Both the position numbers and the translations under genes were made by a program. Below the pieces are notes generated by a model, which was given only the letters and a program-made list of their open reading frames with translations, was not told where the DNA came from and did not search any database. This document shows positions 49,097-58,796 of a stretch of DNA of 64,000 nt, piece by piece (position 1 is the stretch's first letter; every line of letters begins with the position of its first letter). The stretch is from an uncultured Desulfobulbaceae bacterium (GTDB taxonomy: Bacteria; Desulfobacterota; Desulfobulbia; Desulfobulbales; BM004): assembly GCA_947259115.1 (NCBI GenBank), contig CAMYKS010000025.1, positions 5,224 through 69,223 on the forward strand. The letters run 5' to 3'.

Positions 49097-50539
49097 GTGA
49101 ATCTGCTCCCATCCCTCAATCGCTTCCCCGACCAGGTCAGCCACATTCACATAATGGGTGTCTGCGGCACCGGCATGGGGTCCCTTGCCGGCATGCTGAA
49201 AAGTTCAGGGTATGTTGTTAGCGGCTCTGACGAAAATGTCTATCCCCCCATGAGCGATTTTCTGGCATCCTGTAATATTGCAATTAAAAACGGCTATAAG
49301 GCTGAAAATTTAACACCACAGCCCGACCTTGTCGTGGTCGGAAATACCATAAAAAAAACAAATCCCGAGGCCCAGGCCCTGGCCCGGCTCGGTATCCCCT
49401 ATGTCTCCATGCCCCAGGCCCTGGGCCATTATTTTCTGGCAGGCAAAACTTCACTGGTGGTGACCGGTACCCACGGTAAAACAACGACCTCATCCTTACT
49501 TGCCACTCTTCTGCACAAGGGGGGCCACACACCGGGATTTATGGTAGGGGGCCTGGTACAGGCCTTTGGCCGTAACTACAATTTAGGAGATAGCCCCTAT
49601 TTTGTCGTGGAAGGAGATGAATATGACACGGCTTTTTTTGATAAAGGCCCTAAATTTCTGCACTACCAGCCCCATATTGCCATTGTCACCTCCATTGAAT
49701 TTGACCATGCGGATATCTTTGCTGACCTTGATGCCATCAAGGATTCATTTTCGCGCCTGATGACGATAATGCCGAAAGACGGCTGCATCGTTGCCTGTTA
49801 TGACAGTCCGGTGGTGCAGGAAATTGTTGCCAAGGCACCATGTCCGGTTCTCAGTTACGGTATGGATGAAGGATCGGACTGGAGCATCAGAAACCTTGAC
49901 GTTACCCCTGAAGGCACCTTTTTTGATGTTGTACACAAGGGCAGGCTTTTCAGCCCATGCAAAAGCCCTATGCCGGGACAACATAATGCCTTAAATGGAC
50001 TGGCTGTGATCGCAGTTCTTGACCGTCTCGGCCTTGATAAAAAAGCAATCACCTCCGGACTCAGCAGCTTTGAAGGTGTGTGCCGGCGCCAGGAAGTTCG
50101 AGGTGTGGTTAACAGCATAACGGTGATCGATGACTTTGCCCACCACCCGACAGCTGTCCGGGAAACCCTGACTGCACTCAAGCAGGCATACAAAGGTCAC
50201 CGCCTGGTGGCTGTTTTTGAACCGCGAACCAATTCCAGCAGGCGCCAAATTTTCCAGAAAGATTACGTCTCATCTTTCGATCAGGCCGACCTGGTATTTG
50301 TGCGGGAACCTTTACCGCTGCCGGACTTCCCTGCGGACCAACTCTTTTCTTCAAAGCAGCTAGCCTCTGACCTTACGGCACGGAATATAGCTGCCCGCTC
50401 ATTTGCAGGTACAGATCAGATTCTCGAACACCTGCAGGACACGCTGCTCCCCGGTGACGTGGTCGCTATCCTTTCCAACGGCGGCTTTGACGATATCCAC
50501 ACACGGCTGCTGCACATACTTTCCAGCAGAACAGCTTAA
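49097..50539 (+). CDS. mpl: UDP-N-acetylmuramate:L-alanyl-gamma-D-glutamyl-meso-DAP ligase
   Basis: Collinear with E. coli Mpl as recalled (HI.G.CGT.MG.LA, GTHGKTTT, EGDEYD.AFFDK, DDFAHHPTA). The start is proposed at the GTG at 49097. The ORF-track extension to 48968 overlaps the small ORF. Confidence 0.9.
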   Translation: MNLLPSLNRFPDQVSHIHIMGVCGTGMGSLAGMLKSSGYVVSGSDENVYPPMSDFLASCNIAIKNGYKAENLTPQPDLVVVGNTIKKTNPEAQALARLGIPYVSMPQALGHYFLAGKTSLVVTGTHGKTTTSSLLATLLHKGGHTPGFMVGGLVQAFGRNYNLGDSPYFVVEGDEYDTAFFDKGPKFLHYQPHIAIVTSIEFDHADIFADLDAIKDSFSRLMTIMPKDGCIVACYDSPVVQEIVAKAPCPVLSYGMDEGSDWSIRNLDVTPEGTFFDVVHKGRLFSPCKSPMPGQHNALNGLAVIAVLDRLGLDKKAITSGLSSFEGVCRRQEVRGVVNSITVIDDFAHHPTAVRETLTALKQAYKGHRLVAVFEPRTNSSRRQIFQKDYVSSFDQADLVFVREPLPLPDFPADQLFSSKQLASDLTARNIAARSFAGTDQILEHLQDTLLPGDVVAILSNGGFDDIHTRLLHILSSRTA

Positions 50540-50554
50540 AGTTGAGCAAACTCT

Positions 50555-52015
50555 TTAAAGACCGGCCTCGTGATCCTGCAAGGGCTTGTGGGTGTACTGG
50601 TTGACAGTATCAAGAAGGGTCTCGGGAGATTCCAGAAACTCTCCCGCCGGCTGAGAGGAATTCTGGACCTCTTCACTGAACGTTGTGATACGATTCAGGT
50701 GCTTCCAGCGGATCAGGTAGTAATAGATAATACTTGTCAACTCCGTAAAAACAGTCTCTTCAGCATCCGGGTCCCTGTAACTCGATTTTTCCAGTTTCTC
50801 CATGCTGATCGTCTGCGTCTCATAAAAACTCTTCATAAACTGCATTTCAGCCGGCAGCCGTATCTCGACCCCGAGCCGCCTAAGCAATTTTTTGAGCCAT
50901 TTGAGAAAATTTTGTCCTGTTTTAGCCAAAGGATAGGGAATATAGATTTCCCTTGGCGCCTTTACATCAAGGTAGGTTTTAATGGCCTTGATCAGCGCTA
51001 CCATTTCCACAGGCTCTTTATCTGCAAAATTGTATGTCTGCCCTGAGAATTCATCCCTATTCTCCAGCATGTGGTTGACAAAAAGCGGTACTTTCTTGGT
51101 ATTTGAGTAAGAATGTCTGACCCCGGGCTTTGTGAGCATAAAGGGCATGGACTGGTCGGCAATGGAAAACAGCAGGCGCTGAAATCCCTGTATTTTATGG
51201 TCATGTTTGCCGTAGACAACGGCCAGCCGTAAAATGCTATAATCAAGCCCCTGGGTTTCATGCATGTACTGCAATGTTTTTTCCGTCAACAGCTTTGACT
51301 TTGCATAATTGGAAAGCTTGGGACTTAAGGGCTGCAGGTCCTCTTCAGTAAGATTCTCGCCCATTGGCTGTGTGGCTGAGGAGCTGAAATGAATATAGGG
51401 TATCTTCTGCTGCATGGCCATTTTGGCCAGCCTGACAGCGCCCAGATAATTTGTTTCAAAGGCAAGCTGGGCATCACTGTCCAGGGGGGCGATGGCACAG
51501 TTGACTATAAAGTCCGGCCGATATTTCAGAAAGTAGCTTTTAATATCTTTTGGCTGCCGCAGACTCAACCTTTTACTGTTGGGGCCGAGAACCTCAATGT
51601 CTCCTGTTGTCTTATCGTTGAAATAATGCATCAAGGCTCCGCCGATCAGGCCGGAACTGCCGATAATGATTCCGAGTCTCTTGGTGGTGATATCAAGGCG
51701 CGAGGAAGTATCCCTGAGGCGCTTGAGCATTGAGTTGTTGCTTTCAGTCGATTCGCCTTCTTCATTAAGAACCTTGTTAAAAAAATCACAGCGCTTGCAG
51801 GCCACCTGTTTTCTGGCAAACGACCCCTGCACCGTACCGCCGCAGAATGTACCTGCAACCACCCAGCAGGCCCGGCCGGAATTGATACCGCCATGAACTC
51901 TGTCCAACCTCCTTTCCCTGGCAGCGGGACAGACTCCCAGCTGCTTGGTCTTGGCACCCCTTGGGCCCCGGCCGCAATTCATGTATTCCCAGCAATTTTG
52001 TTTGGTATAGGCCAT
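50555..52015 (-). CDS. NAD-dependent epimerase/dehydratase (SDR) with N-terminal Cys/Trp-rich (two-CW-like) domain
   Basis: aa 1-80 read NCWEYMNCGRG…GRACWVVAGTFCGG…CKRCDFF. This is followed by the Rossmann motif IIGSSGLIGGAL and an SDR body containing YAKSK. Confidence 0.8.
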   Translation of the reverse strand: MAYTKQNCWEYMNCGRGPRGAKTKQLGVCPAARERRLDRVHGGINSGRACWVVAGTFCGGTVQGSFARKQVACKRCDFFNKVLNEEGESTESNNSMLKRLRDTSSRLDITTKRLGIIIGSSGLIGGALMHYFNDKTTGDIEVLGPNSKRLSLRQPKDIKSYFLKYRPDFIVNCAIAPLDSDAQLAFETNYLGAVRLAKMAMQQKIPYIHFSSSATQPMGENLTEEDLQPLSPKLSNYAKSKLLTEKTLQYMHETQGLDYSILRLAVVYGKHDHKIQGFQRLLFSIADQSMPFMLTKPGVRHSYSNTKKVPLFVNHMLENRDEFSGQTYNFADKEPVEMVALIKAIKTYLDVKAPREIYIPYPLAKTGQNFLKWLKKLLRRLGVEIRLPAEMQFMKSFYETQTISMEKLEKSSYRDPDAEETVFTELTSIIYYYLIRWKHLNRITTFSEEVQNSSQPAGEFLESPETLLDTVNQYTHKPLQDHEAGL

Positions 52016-52248
52016 ATTGAATGAACAACTTATAAATTACTCTTGTCCAGCAATTGCATTACATACCCAGCGATTATTAAATCTGTCTAATAGTAAAACT
52101 ATAACGCGTTAGAATACATGGATCAAATATTCATTTAAAAATGTACATTTAGATTAAATGAAAAAACTTGTCTCTTTTGATTGACAAAATATTTTTTTGT
52201 GATTATTTTCACAAATATAGTAAAAATTATAAACTTTCTGGTTACCAT

Positions 52249-53076
52249 ATGGACAAGAAACGCTTAACTCCTTTATATGCAGCAATACTGGGATTGCTCC
52301 GCCCTTTGGTCCGGATACTGTTGAGAAACGGCATATCGTACGGTACCTTTGCAGACCTGTCCAAATGGGTCTTTGTCGATGTGGCAGCCAGAGAATTTTC
52401 CATTAAAGACCGCAAGCAATCCACTTCCAGGGTTTCAGTGATTACCGGCCTGTCACGGCGTGAGGTCATGCGGGTACGAAAATTACCGAAACCGGACATC
52501 AGTGCGAGCATTGAAAAGCATAACCGGGCCGCCCGTGTCATTGCTGCCTGGCGCCGGGAGCATGAATTCCTTGATGCCGACGGTAAGCCTGCACCTCTGT
52601 CCATGGAAGGCCAGGGGGCAACATTCAGTGAACTGGTAAAACGTTTCAGCGGTAATGTTCCACCCCGAGCAGTACTTGATGAACTTGTCCACGTCGGAGC
52701 TGTGGCACAGGCGGTGGATGGCAGGGTAAGTCTGCTCTCCCGTGCTTATATTCCCAAGGACTATGATTCCCACAAAATCAATATCCTGGGAACAGACGTT
52801 AAACACCTGCTTTCAACCATTAACCATAATCTATCCCCTGATCTCACAACCCCTGTCTTTCAGCGAAAAGTCTCCTATGACAACCTGCCCGATGAGATAC
52901 TGGAAGAGTTCCACAGGCAATTCTCGCAAAAGGCCCAGAAACTTCTTGAGAGTGCTGACACGTGGCTGTCCCAGCATGACCGGGATGTAACGCCTACGGT
53001 GAAGGGCACGGGTCGCAATCAGGCTGGATTCGGTATTTTTTTCTTTCAAAATCCTTATTCAGAAGAGGAGAAATAA
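52249..53076 (+). CDS. uncharacterised putative HTH regulator (DUF6502-like); paralogue of 6339..7190
   Basis: Alignable with the 6339 gene over its full length. ATG at 52249 (MDKKRLTPLYAA…). Confidence 0.7.
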   Translation: MDKKRLTPLYAAILGLLRPLVRILLRNGISYGTFADLSKWVFVDVAAREFSIKDRKQSTSRVSVITGLSRREVMRVRKLPKPDISASIEKHNRAARVIAAWRREHEFLDADGKPAPLSMEGQGATFSELVKRFSGNVPPRAVLDELVHVGAVAQAVDGRVSLLSRAYIPKDYDSHKINILGTDVKHLLSTINHNLSPDLTTPVFQRKVSYDNLPDEILEEFHRQFSQKAQKLLESADTWLSQHDRDVTPTVKGTGRNQAGFGIFFFQNPYSEEEK

Positions 53077-53081
53077 ATAAG

Positions 53082-54296
53082 ATGCGGAACTTTCATCCTA
53101 AAAATTTAGTTTTGACTGCGCTTTCTGCCATTCTCCTGATCTCCAGTTACAGTTGCAGTGGTGGTGGGGCGGCGTTAATCGCCGGCGGCGGCATTGACGG
53201 CACCGGCATAATAAGCACGGGAATTATCGCTGCATTCGGCTCCATTTTTGTCAACGGTAGTGAGTTTGACACCAGTGTTGCCGTTGTCATTATTGATGGA
53301 GAGGAAATAGGCACTGGTGATGAATTTGTCCTGAAGAACCTCGATGTCGGCCGGTTGGTGACCGTAGAGGGTTCGCTCGGCGAAGATGATGAAAGCTTCT
53401 TTGCCGAGCGCGTCATTTACAGTGATAATGTTGAAGGCCCGGTGGAGAGCATCATCAGTATCGATGCCAAGACCAGGGAGATTGTCGTGCTGGGCCAGAC
53501 CGTAATTCTCAACGTTAATACGTCTTTCAAGAATACCGGCTTTGACACCATAGCCCTTGAAGATGTTGTCGAGGTAAGCGGCTTCTACGATGATACGGGA
53601 ACCATCTGGGCAACATATATAGGCAAGACCGGGGTGCTCACACCAGGACTGGAGGTCGAGGTAACAGGTTACGTGTCTAATCTGCATACCAACCTGAAGA
53701 CCTTTACGATCAACGACCTGAAAATTGATTATCTGCTTGCCGACATGAGCGGGCTGCCCGGTGATGTGTTGCGTGAGGGGCTGCTGGTGGAAGTTGACGG
53801 CAGCCTGGACGAAAGCGGTATAATACTGCTCGCTGCAACAGTTGCAGCTGGCGATGACCTGGATATTGAGAATGCCGACCAGATTGAAATAGCCGGCTTT
53901 GTGACCGAGGTAGTTACAACTTCTGAATTCAGGGTTGACAACCAGATTGTGATAATTGATCCGGAAGCTCTCTTTGTTGACGGCTCCCAGGAGGATATTG
54001 CACCGGGGGTAAAGCTCGAGGCTGAAGGCAGCCTGGTGGACTCCATCCTCTATGCCTGGGAGATTGAATTCTGGGAACCGGACCAGGTGGAGGTGGAAGA
54101 CGTGGTAACTGATATTACTTCACTTACCGAATTCACTTTGGGAGACCAGGTTATCCAGACCGATGAGGAAACCGTCTTTGATGGCGGCACCCCGGAAGAC
54201 ATTGAACCGGGTGTGCTGATCGAGATCAAGGGTGTGCCGACAGACCTTGACTACTCAATCATCATTGCCGACAAGGTCTCCTTTGAAGTTGAGTAG
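53082..54296 (+). CDS. DUF5666-like repeat lipoprotein
   Basis: Lipobox LISSYSCSGGG. Repeated modules of the form …V.V.G..D…(I/V)…A..V… typical of DUF5666 as recalled. Confidence 0.65.
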   Translation: MRNFHPKNLVLTALSAILLISSYSCSGGGAALIAGGGIDGTGIISTGIIAAFGSIFVNGSEFDTSVAVVIIDGEEIGTGDEFVLKNLDVGRLVTVEGSLGEDDESFFAERVIYSDNVEGPVESIISIDAKTREIVVLGQTVILNVNTSFKNTGFDTIALEDVVEVSGFYDDTGTIWATYIGKTGVLTPGLEVEVTGYVSNLHTNLKTFTINDLKIDYLLADMSGLPGDVLREGLLVEVDGSLDESGIILLAATVAAGDDLDIENADQIEIAGFVTEVVTTSEFRVDNQIVIIDPEALFVDGSQEDIAPGVKLEAEGSLVDSILYAWEIEFWEPDQVEVEDVVTDITSLTEFTLGDQVIQTDEETVFDGGTPEDIEPGVLIEIKGVPTDLDYSIIIADKVSFEVE

Positions 54297-54478
54297 CAAG
54301 GCAAGCCGGCAGTTTGGCAAATTTAACATAATTTAAAAACGGTACAGACCGTTGCATATATAAAAAAAGCCAAGCACACGACTTTGGCGGGTCAGGGTGC
54401 TTGGCTTGGAAAACCAGAGGGCCTTGCGGCGCGCTCAGGTGTGTAAATAATATAAATACATCTGCAGTGTGTCAAGGG

Positions 54479-54509
54479 GCTCTCCAAACCGAAACGGAGG
54501 GCTTTTTTT
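54479..54509 (+). terminator. rho-independent terminator
   Basis: gctctcc / ggagggc forms a 7-bp stem (one G-U pair) followed by 7 T. Confidence 0.7.
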
Positions 54510-54621
54510 GTTTAATAAGGGAGGTGATTAAACGTAACACACTGCAATCATACAATTAAAGAGTTTTAAGAATGACACCATTATAGTTCTGACATAATCA
54601 AAAAAACTAAGGAGAGAAATT

Positions 54622-55530
54622 ATGAATTTAAAAACCAGGTCATACTCTATGGCATCAATTTCCGGGACCCTGTTTGGAGTGCTTATGTTTTTCGGTTTAT
54701 TCAGCGGTAGTGTTCTGGCAGAGGATTATGATCTCTGTGGCAACAATGATGAGTTTACCGCTGATTTTCTCATCGAAGACTGTAAATTCAAAACCACCGG
54801 CATGAATCCCTATTTCCCCCTGAAGCCAGGTTTACAGAGGGTTCTGGAATTAGAAGAGGAAGAGAGGTCTGTGGAAACCGTTCTCTGTGAGACGAAAACG
54901 ATCAACCTCAACGGCCGCCGGATAAAAACCAGGGTGCTTGAAGAACGCGCCATGGAATGGGAAGAAGGGGAAGATGGAGAACCCGGAGAATGGGTAACAA
55001 TCGAGATCTCCCGCAACTGGGTTGCTATTTGCAAATTAACCAACGATGTGTACTACTTTGGAGAAGACTCCATTGACTGCCCTGAGGGCTTTAATGATGA
55101 CGACACCTGTGATGATCCGGACCCCGCTGGATCATGGGAAGCAGGGAAAGGCGATCCGATTGCGATGCCAGGCATATTGATGCCGGGGACTTTCTTTCTC
55201 GGCGCCAAGTACTTCCAGGAGATTGCCCCGCCCGCCGCTGTTGACCGCGGCGAAAATGCGGCTATGGGCCTGGACTGGCCTGAAGAAGGAGATCCGGAGT
55301 ACACCGACTGTGTCCAGATATTTGACACCAATCCGGCGGAAGGTGGTGATGCCTGTGGTGAAGATGATGCTAAAACATACTGCTACGGCGTTGGGCTGGT
55401 CCAGGACCAGGATTTAGCAATGGTCGACTTTGGTTTTGTCGGTTGTGATGACGACGATGATGATAGCGATGATGATGACGATGATAGCGATGCTGAAAAA
55501 AGGCGTCGTAGAAATCATGATGATGACTAA
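54622..55530 (+). CDS. hypothetical secreted acidic protein with poly-Asp C-terminus
   Basis: Signal peptide (…FGLFSGSVLAED). Several Cys residues. The tail reads CDDDDDDSDDDDDDSDAEKRRRRNHDDD. Confidence 0.6.
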   Translation: MNLKTRSYSMASISGTLFGVLMFFGLFSGSVLAEDYDLCGNNDEFTADFLIEDCKFKTTGMNPYFPLKPGLQRVLELEEEERSVETVLCETKTINLNGRRIKTRVLEERAMEWEEGEDGEPGEWVTIEISRNWVAICKLTNDVYYFGEDSIDCPEGFNDDDTCDDPDPAGSWEAGKGDPIAMPGILMPGTFFLGAKYFQEIAPPAAVDRGENAAMGLDWPEEGDPEYTDCVQIFDTNPAEGGDACGEDDAKTYCYGVGLVQDQDLAMVDFGFVGCDDDDDDSDDDDDDSDAEKRRRRNHDDD

Positions 55531-55611
55531 AGCCGTCCCAATGGCTTGAGATCATGTCAGCTGGGAGCCGTTCCTTAGTCAGATCGGGACCGGCTTCCTG
55601 TTACATAAAAA

Positions 55612-55647
55612 ACCCGTTGCTGAAATACTCGGCAACGGGTTTTTTTG
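55612..55647. terminator. bidirectional terminator
   Basis: acccgttgc / gcaacgggt forms a 9-bp stem flanked by an A-run and a T-run. It lies between convergent genes. Confidence 0.85.
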
Positions 55648-55680
55648 TTTCCAATATCAACAATATATATAAAGAGTGTA

Positions 55681-57060
55681 TTAATCGCTCTTAAACTCAC
55701 CTACCAGGGCCTGGATGGATGCCTTGGCATCGCCGAAATACATTCTCGTGTTGGGATAGAAAAAGAGGGCGTTCTGGATGCCGGCAAAACCAGGGTTCAT
55801 GGAGCGTTTGAGCACGATGACCGTCTTGGCCCGGTGCGTTTCAATAATGGGCATGCCGTAAATGGGACTGGATTCATCCTTAAGGGCCGCAGGGTTGACC
55901 ACGTCGTTGGCGCCGATGACAACGCAGACATCCACGGTATCCATCCTGGGATTGATCTCATCCATTTCAACTAACTGGTCATAAGAGACATTGGCCTCAG
56001 CCAGAAGAACATTCATATGGCCGGGCATCCGGCCTGCTACGGGATGAATGGCATAACTGACCTCGGTGCCGTTTTCTTCAAGTAATTCGCCCAACTCCTG
56101 CGTCACATGCTGGGCCTGGGCAACTGCCAGGCCGTAACCCGGAACAAAGGCCACCGAATCAGCCGCTTCCAGGATATAGTAGACGTCTTCCGCAGAAGCC
56201 GCCCTGATCTCACCCTCCTGCTCTCCGGAACCTGCTGCCTGGGTGGTGGCTCCAAAGCCGGAAAACAAGACATTTGCCAACGATCGGTTCATGGCCTTGC
56301 ACATGATCTTGGTCAGGATAATACCGCTGGCACCAACCAGGGCACCGGCAACGATGAGAATATTGTTACTGATGACAAAACCTGCAGCACAGGCGGCAAT
56401 ACCGGAATAGCTGTTGAGCAGCGAGATGACAACAGGCATGTCGGCACCGCCGATGGGAATGACCGAGGTAACACCAAAGAGAAGCGCCACCACAACGATT
56501 ACCAGGAATATTGCATAGCTGGAGGCAGGATTCATGGCAAAAACAACACCGGAAACCAGGGCAGCCAAAAGAATTGCACCATTTACTATGTGTTGACCGC
56601 TGAAGATAATGGCCTTGCTCGGAATCTTTTCAGCAAGTTTGCCAAAGGCTACCATGCTTCCCGAAAAAGTAATACCGCCGATAAAGGCTGAAAGAAAAGT
56701 CACCAGGGCAATAAAAACAGACAGTTCAGGATGCTGATGATATTCACTCCAGGCCAACAGTAAGCTGGCTATGCCGCCAAACCCGTTAAACAGGGCTACC
56801 ATTTCTGGCATTGACGTCATCTGCACCCTGTATGCAGCCACCAGTCCGACCACCGTTCCAATAACAACACCGACTACAATCCACTTGTAGTCCAGTCCAG
56901 AGTAAAACAGGGTAACCACGATGGCCAGCAGCATGCCCAGGGCGGAAAGCAGATTTCCTTGCCGGGCGGTCGCTGGAGAGCTGAGCATCTTGAGGCCGAA
57001 AATGAAAAGGCCGGCCGAGATGACGTAGGCAAAGTTAATGAGAAGTGTGGTCGTGTTCAT
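55681..57060 (-). CDS. pntB: NAD(P) transhydrogenase subunit beta
   Basis: N-terminal polytopic membrane domain plus the C-terminal NADP(H) domain (…GYGLAVAQAQH…, VIGANDVVNPAA). Confidence 0.94.
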   Translation of the reverse strand: MNTTTLLINFAYVISAGLFIFGLKMLSSPATARQGNLLSALGMLLAIVVTLFYSGLDYKWIVVGVVIGTVVGLVAAYRVQMTSMPEMVALFNGFGGIASLLLAWSEYHQHPELSVFIALVTFLSAFIGGITFSGSMVAFGKLAEKIPSKAIIFSGQHIVNGAILLAALVSGVVFAMNPASSYAIFLVIVVVALLFGVTSVIPIGGADMPVVISLLNSYSGIAACAAGFVISNNILIVAGALVGASGIILTKIMCKAMNRSLANVLFSGFGATTQAAGSGEQEGEIRAASAEDVYYILEAADSVAFVPGYGLAVAQAQHVTQELGELLEENGTEVSYAIHPVAGRMPGHMNVLLAEANVSYDQLVEMDEINPRMDTVDVCVVIGANDVVNPAALKDESSPIYGMPIIETHRAKTVIVLKRSMNPGFAGIQNALFFYPNTRMYFGDAKASIQALVGEFKSD

Positions 57061-57362
57061 TTCGCACCCCCATCATCCTTTTTCTTGAACATCTCCAGCA
57101 TCCTGTTGGTCACGGCATAACCGCCGACAACATTGATTGTGGCAAAGGCCACCGCCAGGGTGCCGAGAATAATCGCAACAGTTGCATTTCCCGCCTTCAC
57201 TGAAGCCAGGGAACCGATCAGGGTGATACCTGAAATGGCATTTGAGCCGGACATGAGCGGGGTATGTAAAGTTGATGGCACTTTGGAAATAAGCTCAAAT
57301 CCTAAAAAAATTGCCAATACAAAAACAAAAGTCAGAAATACGGGTTCCATTTGCTCCCTCAC
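57057..57362 (-). CDS. pntAB: NAD(P) transhydrogenase subunit alpha part 2
   Basis: Membrane protein of about 100 aa (…PLMSGSNAISGI…). Overlaps each neighbouring gene by 4 nt. Confidence 0.9.
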   Translation of the reverse strand: MREQMEPVFLTFVFVLAIFLGFELISKVPSTLHTPLMSGSNAISGITLIGSLASVKAGNATVAIILGTLAVAFATINVVGGYAVTNRMLEMFKKKDDGGAK

Positions 57363-58495
57363 TTTTTCATGATACTCTTATACATTTCACTGAACAAATC
57401 ACCGTCATGCGTGATAAGCGCCCCCTTGATAAGATCGTCTTCAAGTTTCAGATCGAAGACTTTCTCTTCCTTATCCCAGAAATGATCTATAAAATTGCCC
57501 AGGTTGGAAGAATACATCTGGCTGGCTGTCAGGGGGACAAATCCTGGCAAATTGGCATAACCGACAACCTTGACAGCCTCGATCTCAACGACCTTGCCCA
57601 CTTCCGAACCTTCGACATTGCCGCCTGTTTCAACAGCCATATCGACGATAACTGAGCCGGGCTGCATCTGGGCTATCATGGGCCGGTCTACAATGCGTGG
57701 GGCAGGGCGCCCGAAAAGCTGGGCAGTGGTGATGACGATATCCGCCTGGGAACAGGCCTTGGCCATGCCGTCCTTCTGTTTCTGGACCTGTTCCGGGGTC
57801 AACTGCACCGCATAACCGTCCTTGGTCTGCCCGGTCTCACCCAGGTCGATCTTGACGAATTTAGCGCCCAGCGACTTTACCTGTTCTTCAACTACAGGAC
57901 GGGTGTCAAAGGCCTCGACCCGGGCCCCGAGACGCCGCGCAGTGGCAATAGCCTGCAGACCGGCAACCCCGACACCGATAATGAAAACACGGGCAGGTTT
58001 AATCGTCCCTGCCGGCGTGGTCATCATGGGCAGGATCTTGTCCAGCTGTTCGGCCCCTATAACGACCGCCATGTACCCGCCCAGGTTAGCCTGCGAGCTT
58101 AAAACATCCATTTTCTGGGCCACTGTGGAACGCGGCAGCATTTCAAGGCTGACACAGCTGATGGAGCATTCCTGCATTTTCTCAACCAGCTCCAGTTCAT
58201 TAAACGGATCAAGATAGCTGATATGGATGCAGCCTTTCTGCATCAGCCCAACTTCTTCAATGGGCGGCTTGCGCAGTCGCAGGACAATATCAGCAGACTG
58301 AAGCAGCCCTTTCCTGTCAGGGTTGACCTTTGCCCCCACTTTCTCGTAATCAGCATCCCCGTAACGGCAGGTTGCACCCAGCCCGGCTTCAATCTCCACC
58401 TCGGCCCCGAGCTTTACGAGCTTGTCAACTGTCGGCGGAATAAGCGGAATACGCATCTCGCCCTCGAAAGTTTCTTTCATTACAGCAATTTTCAT
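57359..58495 (-). CDS. pntAA: NAD(P) transhydrogenase subunit alpha part 1
   Basis: AlaDH/PNT domain and Rossmann motif IIGVGVAGLQAI. ATG at 58495 (MKIAVMKE…). Confidence 0.93.
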   Translation of the reverse strand: MKIAVMKETFEGEMRIPLIPPTVDKLVKLGAEVEIEAGLGATCRYGDADYEKVGAKVNPDRKGLLQSADIVLRLRKPPIEEVGLMQKGCIHISYLDPFNELELVEKMQECSISCVSLEMLPRSTVAQKMDVLSSQANLGGYMAVVIGAEQLDKILPMMTTPAGTIKPARVFIIGVGVAGLQAIATARRLGARVEAFDTRPVVEEQVKSLGAKFVKIDLGETGQTKDGYAVQLTPEQVQKQKDGMAKACSQADIVITTAQLFGRPAPRIVDRPMIAQMQPGSVIVDMAVETGGNVEGSEVGKVVEIEAVKVVGYANLPGFVPLTASQMYSSNLGNFIDHFWDKEEKVFDLKLEDDLIKGALITHDGDLFSEMYKSIMKK

Positions 58496-58796
58496 AATGG
58501 CCCCTCTCTTTAACAAAGATGGCGTTACAAATCCATCGGGTCAAATACAAAAAAATAAATATAGGGTGAAACTTAGAATAAGTTCACCCAATAACGCATG
58601 GCGAAATGCCATGAAATAACAACACTATGAAAGCTTCAATACACTTCAGGATTGAGCCAAATACCATATTTACTGGAAAATTGCACTCCCTTTTCTTTGA
58701 TGCTTCCAGAAAAAGTCAGAGGGCGACTGCCCTGTATATTTTACCAGTCGAGACGAAGGGGAGGCAAAGTATGCGGAATTTACGACGCCATCTACC

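Noticed and set aside
52130-52200. Possible fourth copy of the AT-rich element of about 95 bp upstream of the second DUF6502-like gene (atgaaaaaacttg…ttttgattgac…tttttttgtgattatt)
   Set aside because: Only short AT-rich blocks match, and they are in a different order and orientation. This is not distinguishable from chance similarity in AT-rich promoter DNA.
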